NCBI GenBank assembly: GCA_038128265.1 | Contig: JAYPJE010000004.1 | Location: forward strand, 34,681-98,680 | From: Gemmatimonadota bacterium | Lineage (GTDB): Bacteria; Latescibacterota; UBA2968; UBA8231 | Direction: 5' to 3' | Length of the DNA stretch: 64,000 nt | In this document: in pieces, positions 1-9,556 of the stretch | Position numbering within the stretch: position 1 is the stretch's first letter | Layout of the letters: the number at the start of each line of letters is the position of its first letter | The notes under the pieces: model-generated | Database searches by the model: none | What the model saw: only the letters and a program-made list of their open reading frames with translations | What the model was told of the DNA's origin: nothing | Made by a program: the position numbers and the translations under genes

Positions 1-672
1 GGCATGCACCGACGTGGCACGGGGCAAAATGGCAGTCAACGCAGCGTATTTTTCCGGCCTTTTAAAATTGCCAAAGTCGGCGCACAAACCGACTTCGCCC
101 TCACACCGGTCGAGAATGGCCCCGAGTGCGCCAACGTGACAACCCAGCGGACGGAAATTTTCCGTCGAGACCCCCACCCCCAAATCGCGACCGCAGCGCG
201 CCAGCGCACGCAAGCTGTCGGCGCTGGCGCAAACGGCCGCGTCGTCTTCTATAGGGCCATTGTCGATCGGCGATGCATCACCCGCAATCACGCGCGCGCA
301 GTGCGCTCCTAGCTGGGCGGCCCGTTCCAGCCAGACGCGCACCCAGTCAACTTCTAGCTGGCGCTGCTGCGGGTCGGGATGCGCCACATCGCCCGCGTCG
401 ATCAGCACGCTGTAAAGATCAATGCCGCAGGCGTCGAGTTCGGCGCGCAGTTCGCCTAGGTATCCCTCGTCAACACGCGGCAGGTGAAAGTGGCATATTT
501 CCAACATGCCAATATCGCGCTCGGCCAGGTTCCGCGGCAGGTCCAATAGTTCCATCCCCCCCGCTTCTTGCTCGCGTGCGCGCACGGGTGGCGAATTCAT
601 ATCGGACCAGTCGTACATCACCTGCCCCAGCGTGCGGTGCACGCTCCAGCTCGAGGTCATAATGCGCTTCAT
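1..672 (-). CDS. Sugar phosphate isomerase/epimerase (xylose isomerase-like TIM barrel), 3'-truncated by window edge
   Basis: Not in the ORF track; translated by hand. ATG at 672 is preceded by GAGGT. The frame is open to position 1: MKRIMTSSWSVHRTLG...LEICHFH...ARVIAG...STENF...GLCADFGNF...SVHA. The E-N, D-x-G-N and H motifs are typical of AP-endonuclease-2 TIM barrels. Confidence 0.75.
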   Translation of the reverse strand, partial: MKRIMTSSWSVHRTLGQVMYDWSDMNSPPVRAREQEAGGMELLDLPRNLAERDIGMLEICHFHLPRVDEGYLGELRAELDACGIDLYSVLIDAGDVAHPDPQQRQLEVDWVRVWLERAAQLGAHCARVIAGDASPIDNGPIEDDAAVCASADSLRALARCGRDLGVGVSTENFRPLGCHVGALGAILDRCEGEVGLCADFGNFKRPEKYAALTAILPRATSVHA

Positions 673-679
673 TCCCACC

Positions 680-1381
680 TCATATAACGATGTGTGCAAT
701 CCACCCAGAGGTGGCATCGCAGTAGATCAGATCTCCGCCAAAAGCCGATAGGCCGTGCGGCTCGGGATCGCTCGACGGCACCTCTATTCGATCGAGTTCG
801 GCACCGCTATCAACGTCGAGTTTCACAATCACTCGATCGGCCGTATGCACAACCCAGACCCCATCCTCAACGCGCACCACACCGTGCGCACGCCCATAGG
901 GCAGCGCAATGACGTGCTGCACCGACCAGTCGGCCACGCGCACCTTGCTCAGCGTTTGCGATTTAAGGGTAGTAATCCACACATGGCCCTCCTCAAAAGG
1001 ATCGTACTCCATACCGTGCACGCCGCCGCCGCCCGGCACCGGCCAGCGGTTGCGCGTAGCACCCGTATCCGGATCGATTTCCAGTATGTCTCCCTGCCCC
1101 TGCTCCGCATCGCTGGGCCGCTCCGGCCGCCACAGCGTGGCCTGGCAGTTGGCCGCCAGCCACAGCGAGCCGCCCCCGCAGGCCATACCGCTGGTATTGG
1201 ACGACTCGCTGGGCAAGTCACGCACCAAGCGCGTCACGCCGTATTCAGACGGCTCGGCGATTTCGATCAACGCCAGGCGATCGGTGATCTGGTCGGCCAC
1301 CCAAAGCTGCTGGCCGACGGCCTGTAGCGCGTTGGGCACGCCGTACGGCGCGCGAAACAGCCTGCGAATTTCCCTGCCCAT
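680..1381 (-). CDS. Beta-propeller protein (glutaminyl cyclase / Vgb-lyase-like repeats), function unknown
   Basis: 233-aa ORF with repeated 'P/A-H-G-x(6-8)-W' blades (PNAL..LWVAD, HGMEYD..VWIT, AHGV..VWVV, PHGL). It is tightly packed between same-strand neighbours. Confidence 0.6.
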   Translation of the reverse strand: MGREIRRLFRAPYGVPNALQAVGQQLWVADQITDRLALIEIAEPSEYGVTRLVRDLPSESSNTSGMACGGGSLWLAANCQATLWRPERPSDAEQGQGDILEIDPDTGATRNRWPVPGGGGVHGMEYDPFEEGHVWITTLKSQTLSKVRVADWSVQHVIALPYGRAHGVVRVEDGVWVVHTADRVIVKLDVDSGAELDRIEVPSSDPEPHGLSAFGGDLIYCDATSGWIAHIVI

Positions 1382-1396
1382 ACTCAGACTCCCTAT

Positions 1397-2371
1397 TTAT
1401 GCCTCATCCCATACCAGGACGACGGCCATGGTCTTGTCCAACTCGTTGTATAGCAAATCAAACGCCGTTTTGGCCTCGGCAAAGGCAAAGCGGTGACTTA
1501 TCATTTTTTCCACTTGAATCGCCCCCGACGAAAGCAGTTCGAGCGCGCGCTGCGAACCGGCTGGCCGCACCCCGGCATCGAGGTAACCGCCCACCAAGCG
1601 CACGCCCTGAATCTTGCCCGAATCTAGCGGCAGCGGCTCGTTCTCATACAGACCTAGCACTTGGATGAGCCCGCCGCGCCGCACCATATCCTGCGCCTGC
1701 GTAAAGGCCGCAGCGCCTGCGCGCCCACCAACGGCTTCTACGACGACATCGGCGCCCGCACCACCCGTCCATTCCCTGACCCTCGCCACGGCATCATCGG
1801 TCGACGCATCGACGACGTGATCGGCGCCCAGTTCAGCGGCGAGGCGACAGCGCTTATCGAGGGCATCCACGGCAATTGCACATCCGACCCCCTGCGCCTT
1901 GGCCACCTGCATACAGCCGCTGCCCACCAGCCCCTGCCCCTGCACAACCACGGTGCTTTCCGCGCCAGCAGCGGTCTGCTCCACCCACAGCACCGAACTC
2001 GTAGCCAACGGCCAAAACGTAGCCGAATCACTCGACACCGCATCGCCGATGGGCACGACCGAGGGACGGTGGAGCGGCGCAACGACTTCCATCGCCACGT
2101 ATTCGGCATGCGGCGCCAGGGCGGCCACGCGATCACCTACGGCGAATTCCTCTACCTCCGCGCCGACATCGACAACGCGCCCGGCAAGCGAATACCCCAT
2201 CATCCGCGGATCGATAGCCTCGTCGCGGTCATAGCGCCTCCAAATTTCCGATCCTCGACTGATAAGCGAGCGCTCTGCGCGCACCAGCACCTCCGTCGGC
2301 CCGACCGCCGGCGTGTCGACCTCTTCTATGAATATGTTGCCCTTTCCCTGGGCTTTGGCCACGCGTTTCAT
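1397..2371 (-). CDS. MDR-family (zinc-binding-type) dehydrogenase
   Basis: Motifs ISRGSE, GYSLAGRVVDVG, Rossmann GQGLVG, DVVVEAVG and ISHRF. GGAGG RBS upstream. Confidence 0.85.
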   Translation of the reverse strand: MKRVAKAQGKGNIFIEEVDTPAVGPTEVLVRAERSLISRGSEIWRRYDRDEAIDPRMMGYSLAGRVVDVGAEVEEFAVGDRVAALAPHAEYVAMEVVAPLHRPSVVPIGDAVSSDSATFWPLATSSVLWVEQTAAGAESTVVVQGQGLVGSGCMQVAKAQGVGCAIAVDALDKRCRLAAELGADHVVDASTDDAVARVREWTGGAGADVVVEAVGGRAGAAAFTQAQDMVRRGGLIQVLGLYENEPLPLDSGKIQGVRLVGGYLDAGVRPAGSQRALELLSSGAIQVEKMISHRFAFAEAKTAFDLLYNELDKTMAVVLVWDEA

Positions 2372-2404
2372 ATGCGCCTCCGCTCAAATTGCGCACAATA
2401 TTGC

Positions 2405-2437
2405 AAAAAAAAAACGCGCCAGCAACTGCTGGCAGCG
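2405..2437 (-). terminator. Rho-independent terminator (second of a tandem pair)
   Basis: GCCAGC-4nt-GCTGGC stem followed on the minus strand by a 10-T run. Confidence 0.55.
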
Positions 2438-2442
2438 TCCAT

Positions 2443-2476
2443 AAAAAAACCGAGCGCACCCAATGGATGCGCTCGG
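2443..2476 (-). terminator. Rho-independent terminator
   Basis: CCGAGCGCA/TGCGCTCGG 9-bp stem followed on the minus strand by T7. Confidence 0.75.
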
Positions 2477-2547
2477 CAGTACTCCCAGAGACTGCTATCC
2501 CTAAGGACAGGATGTCTCCGGCCAGGTGGTCAAACACCCGGAGTTGA

Positions 2548-2586
2548 TCAGGTGATCAACCTCCCTGCGGTACTTGTACTACTCAA
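2548..2586 (-). CDS. Candidate 12-aa small peptide MSSTSTAGRLIT (TTG start)
   Basis: Directly preceded by AAAGGAGGTGGTCCA, with GGAGG 7 nt from the start. The stop codon lies in the GTTGATCA-CC-TGATCAAC hairpin. Confidence 0.35.
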   Translation of the reverse strand: MSSTSTAGRLIT

Positions 2587-2747
2587 TGGACCACCTCCTT
2601 TCCTTTTGCGCGCATAACGCATCATTTTGCACCAACCCTGCGCGACGTTTATGCCAATTCACAAAGCCGGGTACAGCCCATTCGCTTAGCCTTGGGCTTC
2701 AGCGTAGCGGTAACGGAAGTTTTACCCCCCGAACCCGACTTGACCTG

Positions 2748-2776
2748 AATATACAAGGATGTGCGAATGGGGTCAA
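2748..2776 (-). promoter_or_regulatory. sigma70-type promoter TTGACC-N17-TATATT
   Basis: Near-consensus -35/-10 with 17-nt spacer and an AT-rich upstream tract. The predicted TSS at ~2741 coincides with the first base of a structured region. Confidence 0.65.
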
Positions 2777-3091
2777 TTAGAAAATTTTATTTTTACATAA
2801 ACTACTTATAAATAGATACTTATGTGATTTTATTTTGATGCTTTTTGCAACTATTTGCCGGCGCATGTATTGGTTTTACGTCGGATGGGAACCGCTCGCT
2901 TTTCGCGCGCACTACGGGCGAGATGGGCCCTTCCAACGGCGGGGATGCGGTGCCCGTCGGCGGCAGCCTCTGCCACGCCGGCTATCCAGGTTCGATTAGG
3001 TCGCGCCTGCTGGGCGATCTGCACCGAGCGCGTGCTGCCAACTGCCGCGAGCGCAACCCAGCGCGCGCTGTAGGCGAGCACGATCTTGAAC

Positions 3092-4084
3092 TCAGCGAAC
3101 TTTCACTGCGACCGGCGCACCCGTTTTGGCCGACTCCCAAGCGGCTTCCGTCAACTCGATAACGCGCAGACCGCACTCTGGGGGCACCTGCACTTCGTCG
3201 CGTCCCAATATGGCGTCGACAAAGTTGCGGTCCGGCGTTGTGCCGCCGGGCAGATTGGACACTTCGTAGACGTCATTGCCATTTTGCGTCTTGTAGAAGA
3301 CTTCGCCCTTGCGCATGTAGACGACCGCTTTAGTTCCCCAAATCGTGATATCTTCCCACATGCCGCCGGTCGGCGAATTGCCCACCACGGAAATATTGCC
3401 CAAGGCGCCATTGCGAAAGCGCAGGCTGAGCGCCGAGTTGATATCGACTTCCGACTCAAAGTTCTCCATATAGGCCTGGACCTGTTCGACTTCCAGGCCC
3501 GTCATCCACAGCACAATATCGAGCAAATGGCTGCCCGAGTCGTTGAGCTGTCCACCGCCCGACAGGGCTAGCTGCTGGCGCCAAAGCCCCATCGTACCGC
3601 GATACCAGGCCTGGTCCTGCAGCGCCGAAACAAACTGAATTTCTCCCAATTCGCCGGCCATGATCTGGTTGCGAACGTAGCGGTACTGGGCTCCTAAATG
3701 GCGCTGGTAGGATACCATCAGCACCTTGCCACTTTCCTCCACTTTGGCCAGCACCTGGTGGGCGTGGTCGACGGTGCACACCATGGGTTTTTCGCACAGC
3801 ACATGCACTCCCTTGTCGAGCGCGGCCATGATCTGATCAAAGTGCAGGGTGTGCGGAGTCGAGATCTGCACCGCGTCCATCTCGACTTCGTCGAGCATTT
3901 TCTGGTAGTCGTCAAATCCGGGCAATCCCGCTACGCCCTCGTAGCGCTCGCGCGCCGCCTGCAAACTCGCCGCGCTGCTGTCGCAGAGAGCGACTACCTC
4001 GCATTCACCCATGTCCAGCACGCGTCCTATATGGCCGCGCGCGTTGCCGCCGCAGCCGATAAACCCCATCCGTATAGGTGCCAT
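3092..4084 (-). CDS. Gfo/Idh/MocA family oxidoreductase
   Basis: Motifs GFIGCGGNA, ISTPHTLH, HVLCEKPM and GGGQLNDSGSHLLD. Start refined to ATG 4084 (AGGAG RBS). Confidence 0.9.
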   Translation of the reverse strand: MAPIRMGFIGCGGNARGHIGRVLDMGECEVVALCDSSAASLQAARERYEGVAGLPGFDDYQKMLDEVEMDAVQISTPHTLHFDQIMAALDKGVHVLCEKPMVCTVDHAHQVLAKVEESGKVLMVSYQRHLGAQYRYVRNQIMAGELGEIQFVSALQDQAWYRGTMGLWRQQLALSGGGQLNDSGSHLLDIVLWMTGLEVEQVQAYMENFESEVDINSALSLRFRNGALGNISVVGNSPTGGMWEDITIWGTKAVVYMRKGEVFYKTQNGNDVYEVSNLPGGTTPDRNFVDAILGRDEVQVPPECGLRVIELTEAAWESAKTGAPVAVKVR

Positions 4085-4239
4085 TCTCCTACCCCTATTT
4101 CGCTTGTGCACCGCTCGTCATTGACCGGTGCGCGCTTGAATATATCCTCCCCGCATTTTCCCCTCAAGCACGAGTTGCCCCATAGATCGCAGGTGGATAT
4201 GTTATGCCATCGCGCGTTGCACTTGCGCATGGAGGCCCT

Positions 4240-5421
4240 ATGAAAAAAGTTGCAACCCCCCCCCCGCGCACGCTGGCCGACCGAGGCAAAGAAGCCTTTC
4301 AATCGCTCGCCGTCCAGTTTGTCTCGCAGCTGTTCTCCGAAGCCAACGAGGGCAAGGCACTCGACAAGATTGTCAGCGCATTTGCGCGCAATCAAGCCTC
4401 GCTCATCAGCGGACTGCTGGGGAGCGCCGGCGTTGCCGGCGGCGCGTGGGCCGCCGTTTCCCTGTGGACCTCTTCGCTGGGGCTGTGGAGCAGCGTGGGC
4501 TATGCCATAGGCTGGATATCGCTGCCCTTCTGGATTCCCCTAGCCGGCGGTGCCGCCGGCCTAACCGCTGCGGGAGGAGCCATATACAGCGTGCTCCACC
4601 TGGCCAAGGGGCGCCAGCAAAGGCATCGACTCCGCGCCATCATCGGCTTCAGCAAAATGCTGGCTGGACGTGCAGATATGGAGGGAAGCGACGAGAAAGT
4701 GCTGCGCCGTTTTCTCAGGGCACAGGACATCGATGAGGACGAGATCGCCCCCCTGCTGGCAACGAGTCCGCAGCAGGCCCAGCACTTGGCCAACCGCTAT
4801 CTGACCGTCGACGCACGCCGCGAAATTGCCCGCTATATTTTCCCCCTCGTCTACCAGGAGCAGGGCGTCATCGGCGACGGCGAACGGCGGCGCTTCAACA
4901 AAGTGTGTCAGAGTTTACATCTGGGCGACGGGGCCGCACGCCACATTTCCCAAGCCTACCGCCAGCGTCTGGACGACCAGTGGACCTACATGACGGAATT
5001 GGTTGCGTTGCTCAACTACTTTGCCAGCACATTGGGTTTTGACGGACGCGAAATGGAAATCGTGCGCGAAGAGCTCCATCAGCTAATGCGCTTTGACCCG
5101 CGCCGCGGGGCCGAAGGAAAGCGCGAGCGGCTGCTGGGCGCACTGGGCGAAGCCGTTTCCCCCGGCGAACGGCTACCCACCGCGCCCGTTAGCGAGTCCG
5201 CGCTTATGGGCGCCTACGCCATGGCGCACACAGCCGCGCCTGACCGCGAGGATATTGCCCCGCTGATCGAGGCATTTTCCACCCTGCTGGAGCAGGGCCA
5301 GATAGACGCTAAAGAGCGCAAGAAAATGCAGCGCAGCCGAACAAAAATAGACGAATTATACCAGCTAACGCGCCGACAAATAGCCCGTATGAAATCCGGA
5401 GAGAGCGGGACAAAAAAATAG
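4240..5421 (+). CDS. Hypothetical membrane protein with Gly/Ala-rich hairpin and TerB-like helical segments
   Basis: ATG 4240 follows GGAGG. Hydrophobic Gly-rich stretch; 'GVIGDGERRRFNKVCQSLHL' resembles the TerB DGxxxxxE...L-G-L motif. Confidence 0.55.
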   Translation: MKKVATPPPRTLADRGKEAFQSLAVQFVSQLFSEANEGKALDKIVSAFARNQASLISGLLGSAGVAGGAWAAVSLWTSSLGLWSSVGYAIGWISLPFWIPLAGGAAGLTAAGGAIYSVLHLAKGRQQRHRLRAIIGFSKMLAGRADMEGSDEKVLRRFLRAQDIDEDEIAPLLATSPQQAQHLANRYLTVDARREIARYIFPLVYQEQGVIGDGERRRFNKVCQSLHLGDGAARHISQAYRQRLDDQWTYMTELVALLNYFASTLGFDGREMEIVREELHQLMRFDPRRGAEGKRERLLGALGEAVSPGERLPTAPVSESALMGAYAMAHTAAPDREDIAPLIEAFSTLLEQGQIDAKERKKMQRSRTKIDELYQLTRRQIARMKSGESGTKK

Positions 5422-5473
5422 GCGACACGGCGCGCACAGCGCCGCGCCGCCCAAGCACTTTCGGCGCCGTCTA

Positions 5474-7450
<1,977 letters not shown>

Positions 7451-7480
7451 CTAAGGGCTAACGCACGGCTTGCAACGCCC

Positions 7481-8656
7481 TCAGGCCAGCAGGACGGGCG
7501 CATGTTGCACCGGCGTCGTTACGCGGGGACCACTGTCTGGATCTACGTAGACGTCAATTTCCAGGCGCACGCCAAATTCGGGCAGATAGATCCCCGGCTC
7601 GACGGAAAAGCCCGTTCCCGGTAGGATTTCGCGCGCATCGCGCGTCTCCAAATCATCCAGGTTGGCACCCAGTGCGTGAATCGTCGGACCGGGACCGAGG
7701 CTGTGACCCGTTCGGTGCACAAAGCGTGCGCCGTATCCAGCCTCCTCAATAAGGTCGCGGGCGACGCGGTCGAGCGCCCAGCCCTGCACGACCTCGCCGC
7801 TACGCCAGGCCGCCTGCGCTCGCTCCACGACGCAGTCCCGCGCCGCGCGGACGACGTCAAAGACGCGCTGGTGTTCGTCGGGCACGCGCGCGCCAGCATA
7901 GGCCACCCACGTCATATCGGCAAAGGGATGCGCCTCACCCGGATGGCGCGCCCACAGATCGATAAGAATCCAATCGCCGTGCTTGATCGGCGCAAAATCG
8001 CCCTCCTGCGGCGCGTAGTGCGGATCGCCGCTGTGCGCATTGACCGCGACGATGGGCGGGTGATCGATTTCCAGACCGCGCTCCTGCAGCGCAGATGCGA
8101 TAAACTGCTGCACCTGATACTCGGTCATCGCAGTGTGATTTTCCAGTCCATAGCGAATGTGCTCAAAGGCCTCGTCTTTCACGTCGGCCACCTGCCGACA
8201 GGCGTCCTCGTGCGCCTGCAGAGCCGCGCTGCTCCAGGTTGCCAAGGCCACCTGGCACAGATCAGCTGAGGGCACGACTTCCACGCCGTAGGAGCGCACC
8301 AAATCGAGCGTGCCCCCATCGACCCAAGACAGTCCGGGCAGCTCGCCACCGGGATAGTATTCCATTGCCACGCGCCGCTTTCCGCGCAGAAACGCCTCCA
8401 GCTGGGTCGCTAGCTGCTGGCGGCTGGCGTAGTGCTCGACGGCAAAGCCCAACCCCTCTAGCGCCGCCGGCTCGACGGACGAACCCAATGCCTGCACCGC
8501 CCCTTCACACGGCACGCAAAGAAAGACGCGGCGCGTCGTCTGGCGGCGCTGGCCGACCGTCTGCCAGAATACGGGGTTCGAACCGCGAAAGTCGTACAGC
8601 AGCCAGGCGTCGATCCCCCGCGTGCGCATTGCTTCCCGTATGGAATCCCACTCCAT
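7481..8656 (-). CDS. Xaa-Pro aminopeptidase (peptidase M24)
   Basis: Motifs DPHY, LIDLW, ADMTW, HRTGHSLG, FSVEPGIY and GVRLEID. Confidence 0.9.
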   Translation of the reverse strand: MEWDSIREAMRTRGIDAWLLYDFRGSNPVFWQTVGQRRQTTRRVFLCVPCEGAVQALGSSVEPAALEGLGFAVEHYASRQQLATQLEAFLRGKRRVAMEYYPGGELPGLSWVDGGTLDLVRSYGVEVVPSADLCQVALATWSSAALQAHEDACRQVADVKDEAFEHIRYGLENHTAMTEYQVQQFIASALQERGLEIDHPPIVAVNAHSGDPHYAPQEGDFAPIKHGDWILIDLWARHPGEAHPFADMTWVAYAGARVPDEHQRVFDVVRAARDCVVERAQAAWRSGEVVQGWALDRVARDLIEEAGYGARFVHRTGHSLGPGPTIHALGANLDDLETRDAREILPGTGFSVEPGIYLPEFGVRLEIDVYVDPDSGPRVTTPVQHAPVLLA

Positions 8657-8659
8657 TTA

Positions 8660-9556
8660 TCATTCATCTCCCCGTTGGGTTAACTCCGTTTTGAGCCACT
8701 TCAGCTCCTCGGCCAGCGGCCATGGCGCAAAGCCGAGGCGACGTGCCCTCAGGCAGTCCAGCGAGACGTCCTTTGCTCGCGGAGCAGCCATCGGCACATC
8801 GGCCTGCAGGCACGGCCGAATAACCTCGGACGGCAGCGCGAAGGCCTCCAGCAATAGATAACCAAAGTCGCAGCGCGAGATGCGTTCGGCCCCGCCTAAG
8901 TGCAAAGTCAGGCCACGACCGTTCTCCAGGGCCAGAAAGAGCCCCTGCACGGCGGCGCGCGCCGAAGCCGGCGTGCGGTATTCGTCGGTGAACAGGCTGA
9001 GTCGATCGCCCTCGCGGGCCGCTTTTAACATGGGCTGCACAAAGCTGCCGGCAGTTGCATGAGCGGGCCCAAACATCAGAGGCATGCGGCAAATGCAGGC
9101 ATCCGAATAGGCACTGCGCACGGCCTGTTCGCCGGCCGCCTTTGACGCACCGTAGACGTTGACGGGCACCGGCTCATCGTCCTCCCCGTAGGGGGCCTGG
9201 CCGCCGCCGAAAACGAGATCGGTCGAGGTGTATACCAGCGGGATGCCGCGTCCGGCACACAGCGCGGCCAGCGCCGCACAAACGTCCACATTCTGGCGCC
9301 ATGCCTCATCGCGGTGGACCTGACAGTAGTTGGGGTCGGTGCGCGCAGCGGCGTGCAGCACCGCGTCGGGAGACAGGCGGGCAAACAGCGCCTCCAGGCC
9401 GGCGGTATCGGTCAGATCAACTCGCTCGCTCGAAGCGCTGGCCAATTCGATCGGGCGCGTCCGCACCGTGCCGACGATCTCCCATGCCGACGGTGCTAAA
9501 CGCGCTACATTCCACCCGAGAAAACCACTCATTCCAGTCAGCAGCAGTCGGGGCAT
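8660..9556 (-). CDS. RmlD-like extended SDR (dTDP-4-dehydrorhamnose reductase family)
   Basis: Motifs TGMSGFLG, STDLVF, PVNVYGASK and FTDEYRTP. Confidence 0.85.
   Translation of the reverse strand: MPRLLLTGMSGFLGWNVARLAPSAWEIVGTVRTRPIELASASSERVDLTDTAGLEALFARLSPDAVLHAAARTDPNYCQVHRDEAWRQNVDVCAALAALCAGRGIPLVYTSTDLVFGGGQAPYGEDDEPVPVNVYGASKAAGEQAVRSAYSDACICRMPLMFGPAHATAGSFVQPMLKAAREGDRLSLFTDEYRTPASARAAVQGLFLALENGRGLTLHLGGAERISRCDFGYLLLEAFALPSEVIRPCLQADVPMAAPRAKDVSLDCLRARRLGFAPWPLAEELKWLKTELTQRGDE

Larger units (their letters stand above)
2443..2741 (-). ncRNA. Candidate structured small RNA / leader RNA (~300 nt)
   Basis: Bounded by a sigma70-like promoter and tandem terminators. It contains a 5' multi-stem junction and at least three further hairpins. 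No known family recognised. Confidence 0.45.

Noticed and set aside
2229..2537. 102-aa minus-strand ORF MFDHLAGD...
   Set aside because: It runs through two terminators and overlaps the dehydrogenase start out of frame; likely spurious.
2587..2601. 16S rRNA gene fragment (TGGACCACCTCCTTT on the plus strand)
   Set aside because: The flanks show no rRNA similarity. It is better explained as an extended SD on the minus strand.
2845..3091. Short ORFs (72-105 aa) in the gap after the Gfo/Idh/MocA gene
   Set aside because: No RBS, no recognisable motif and Arg/Ala-rich shadow composition; left unannotated.
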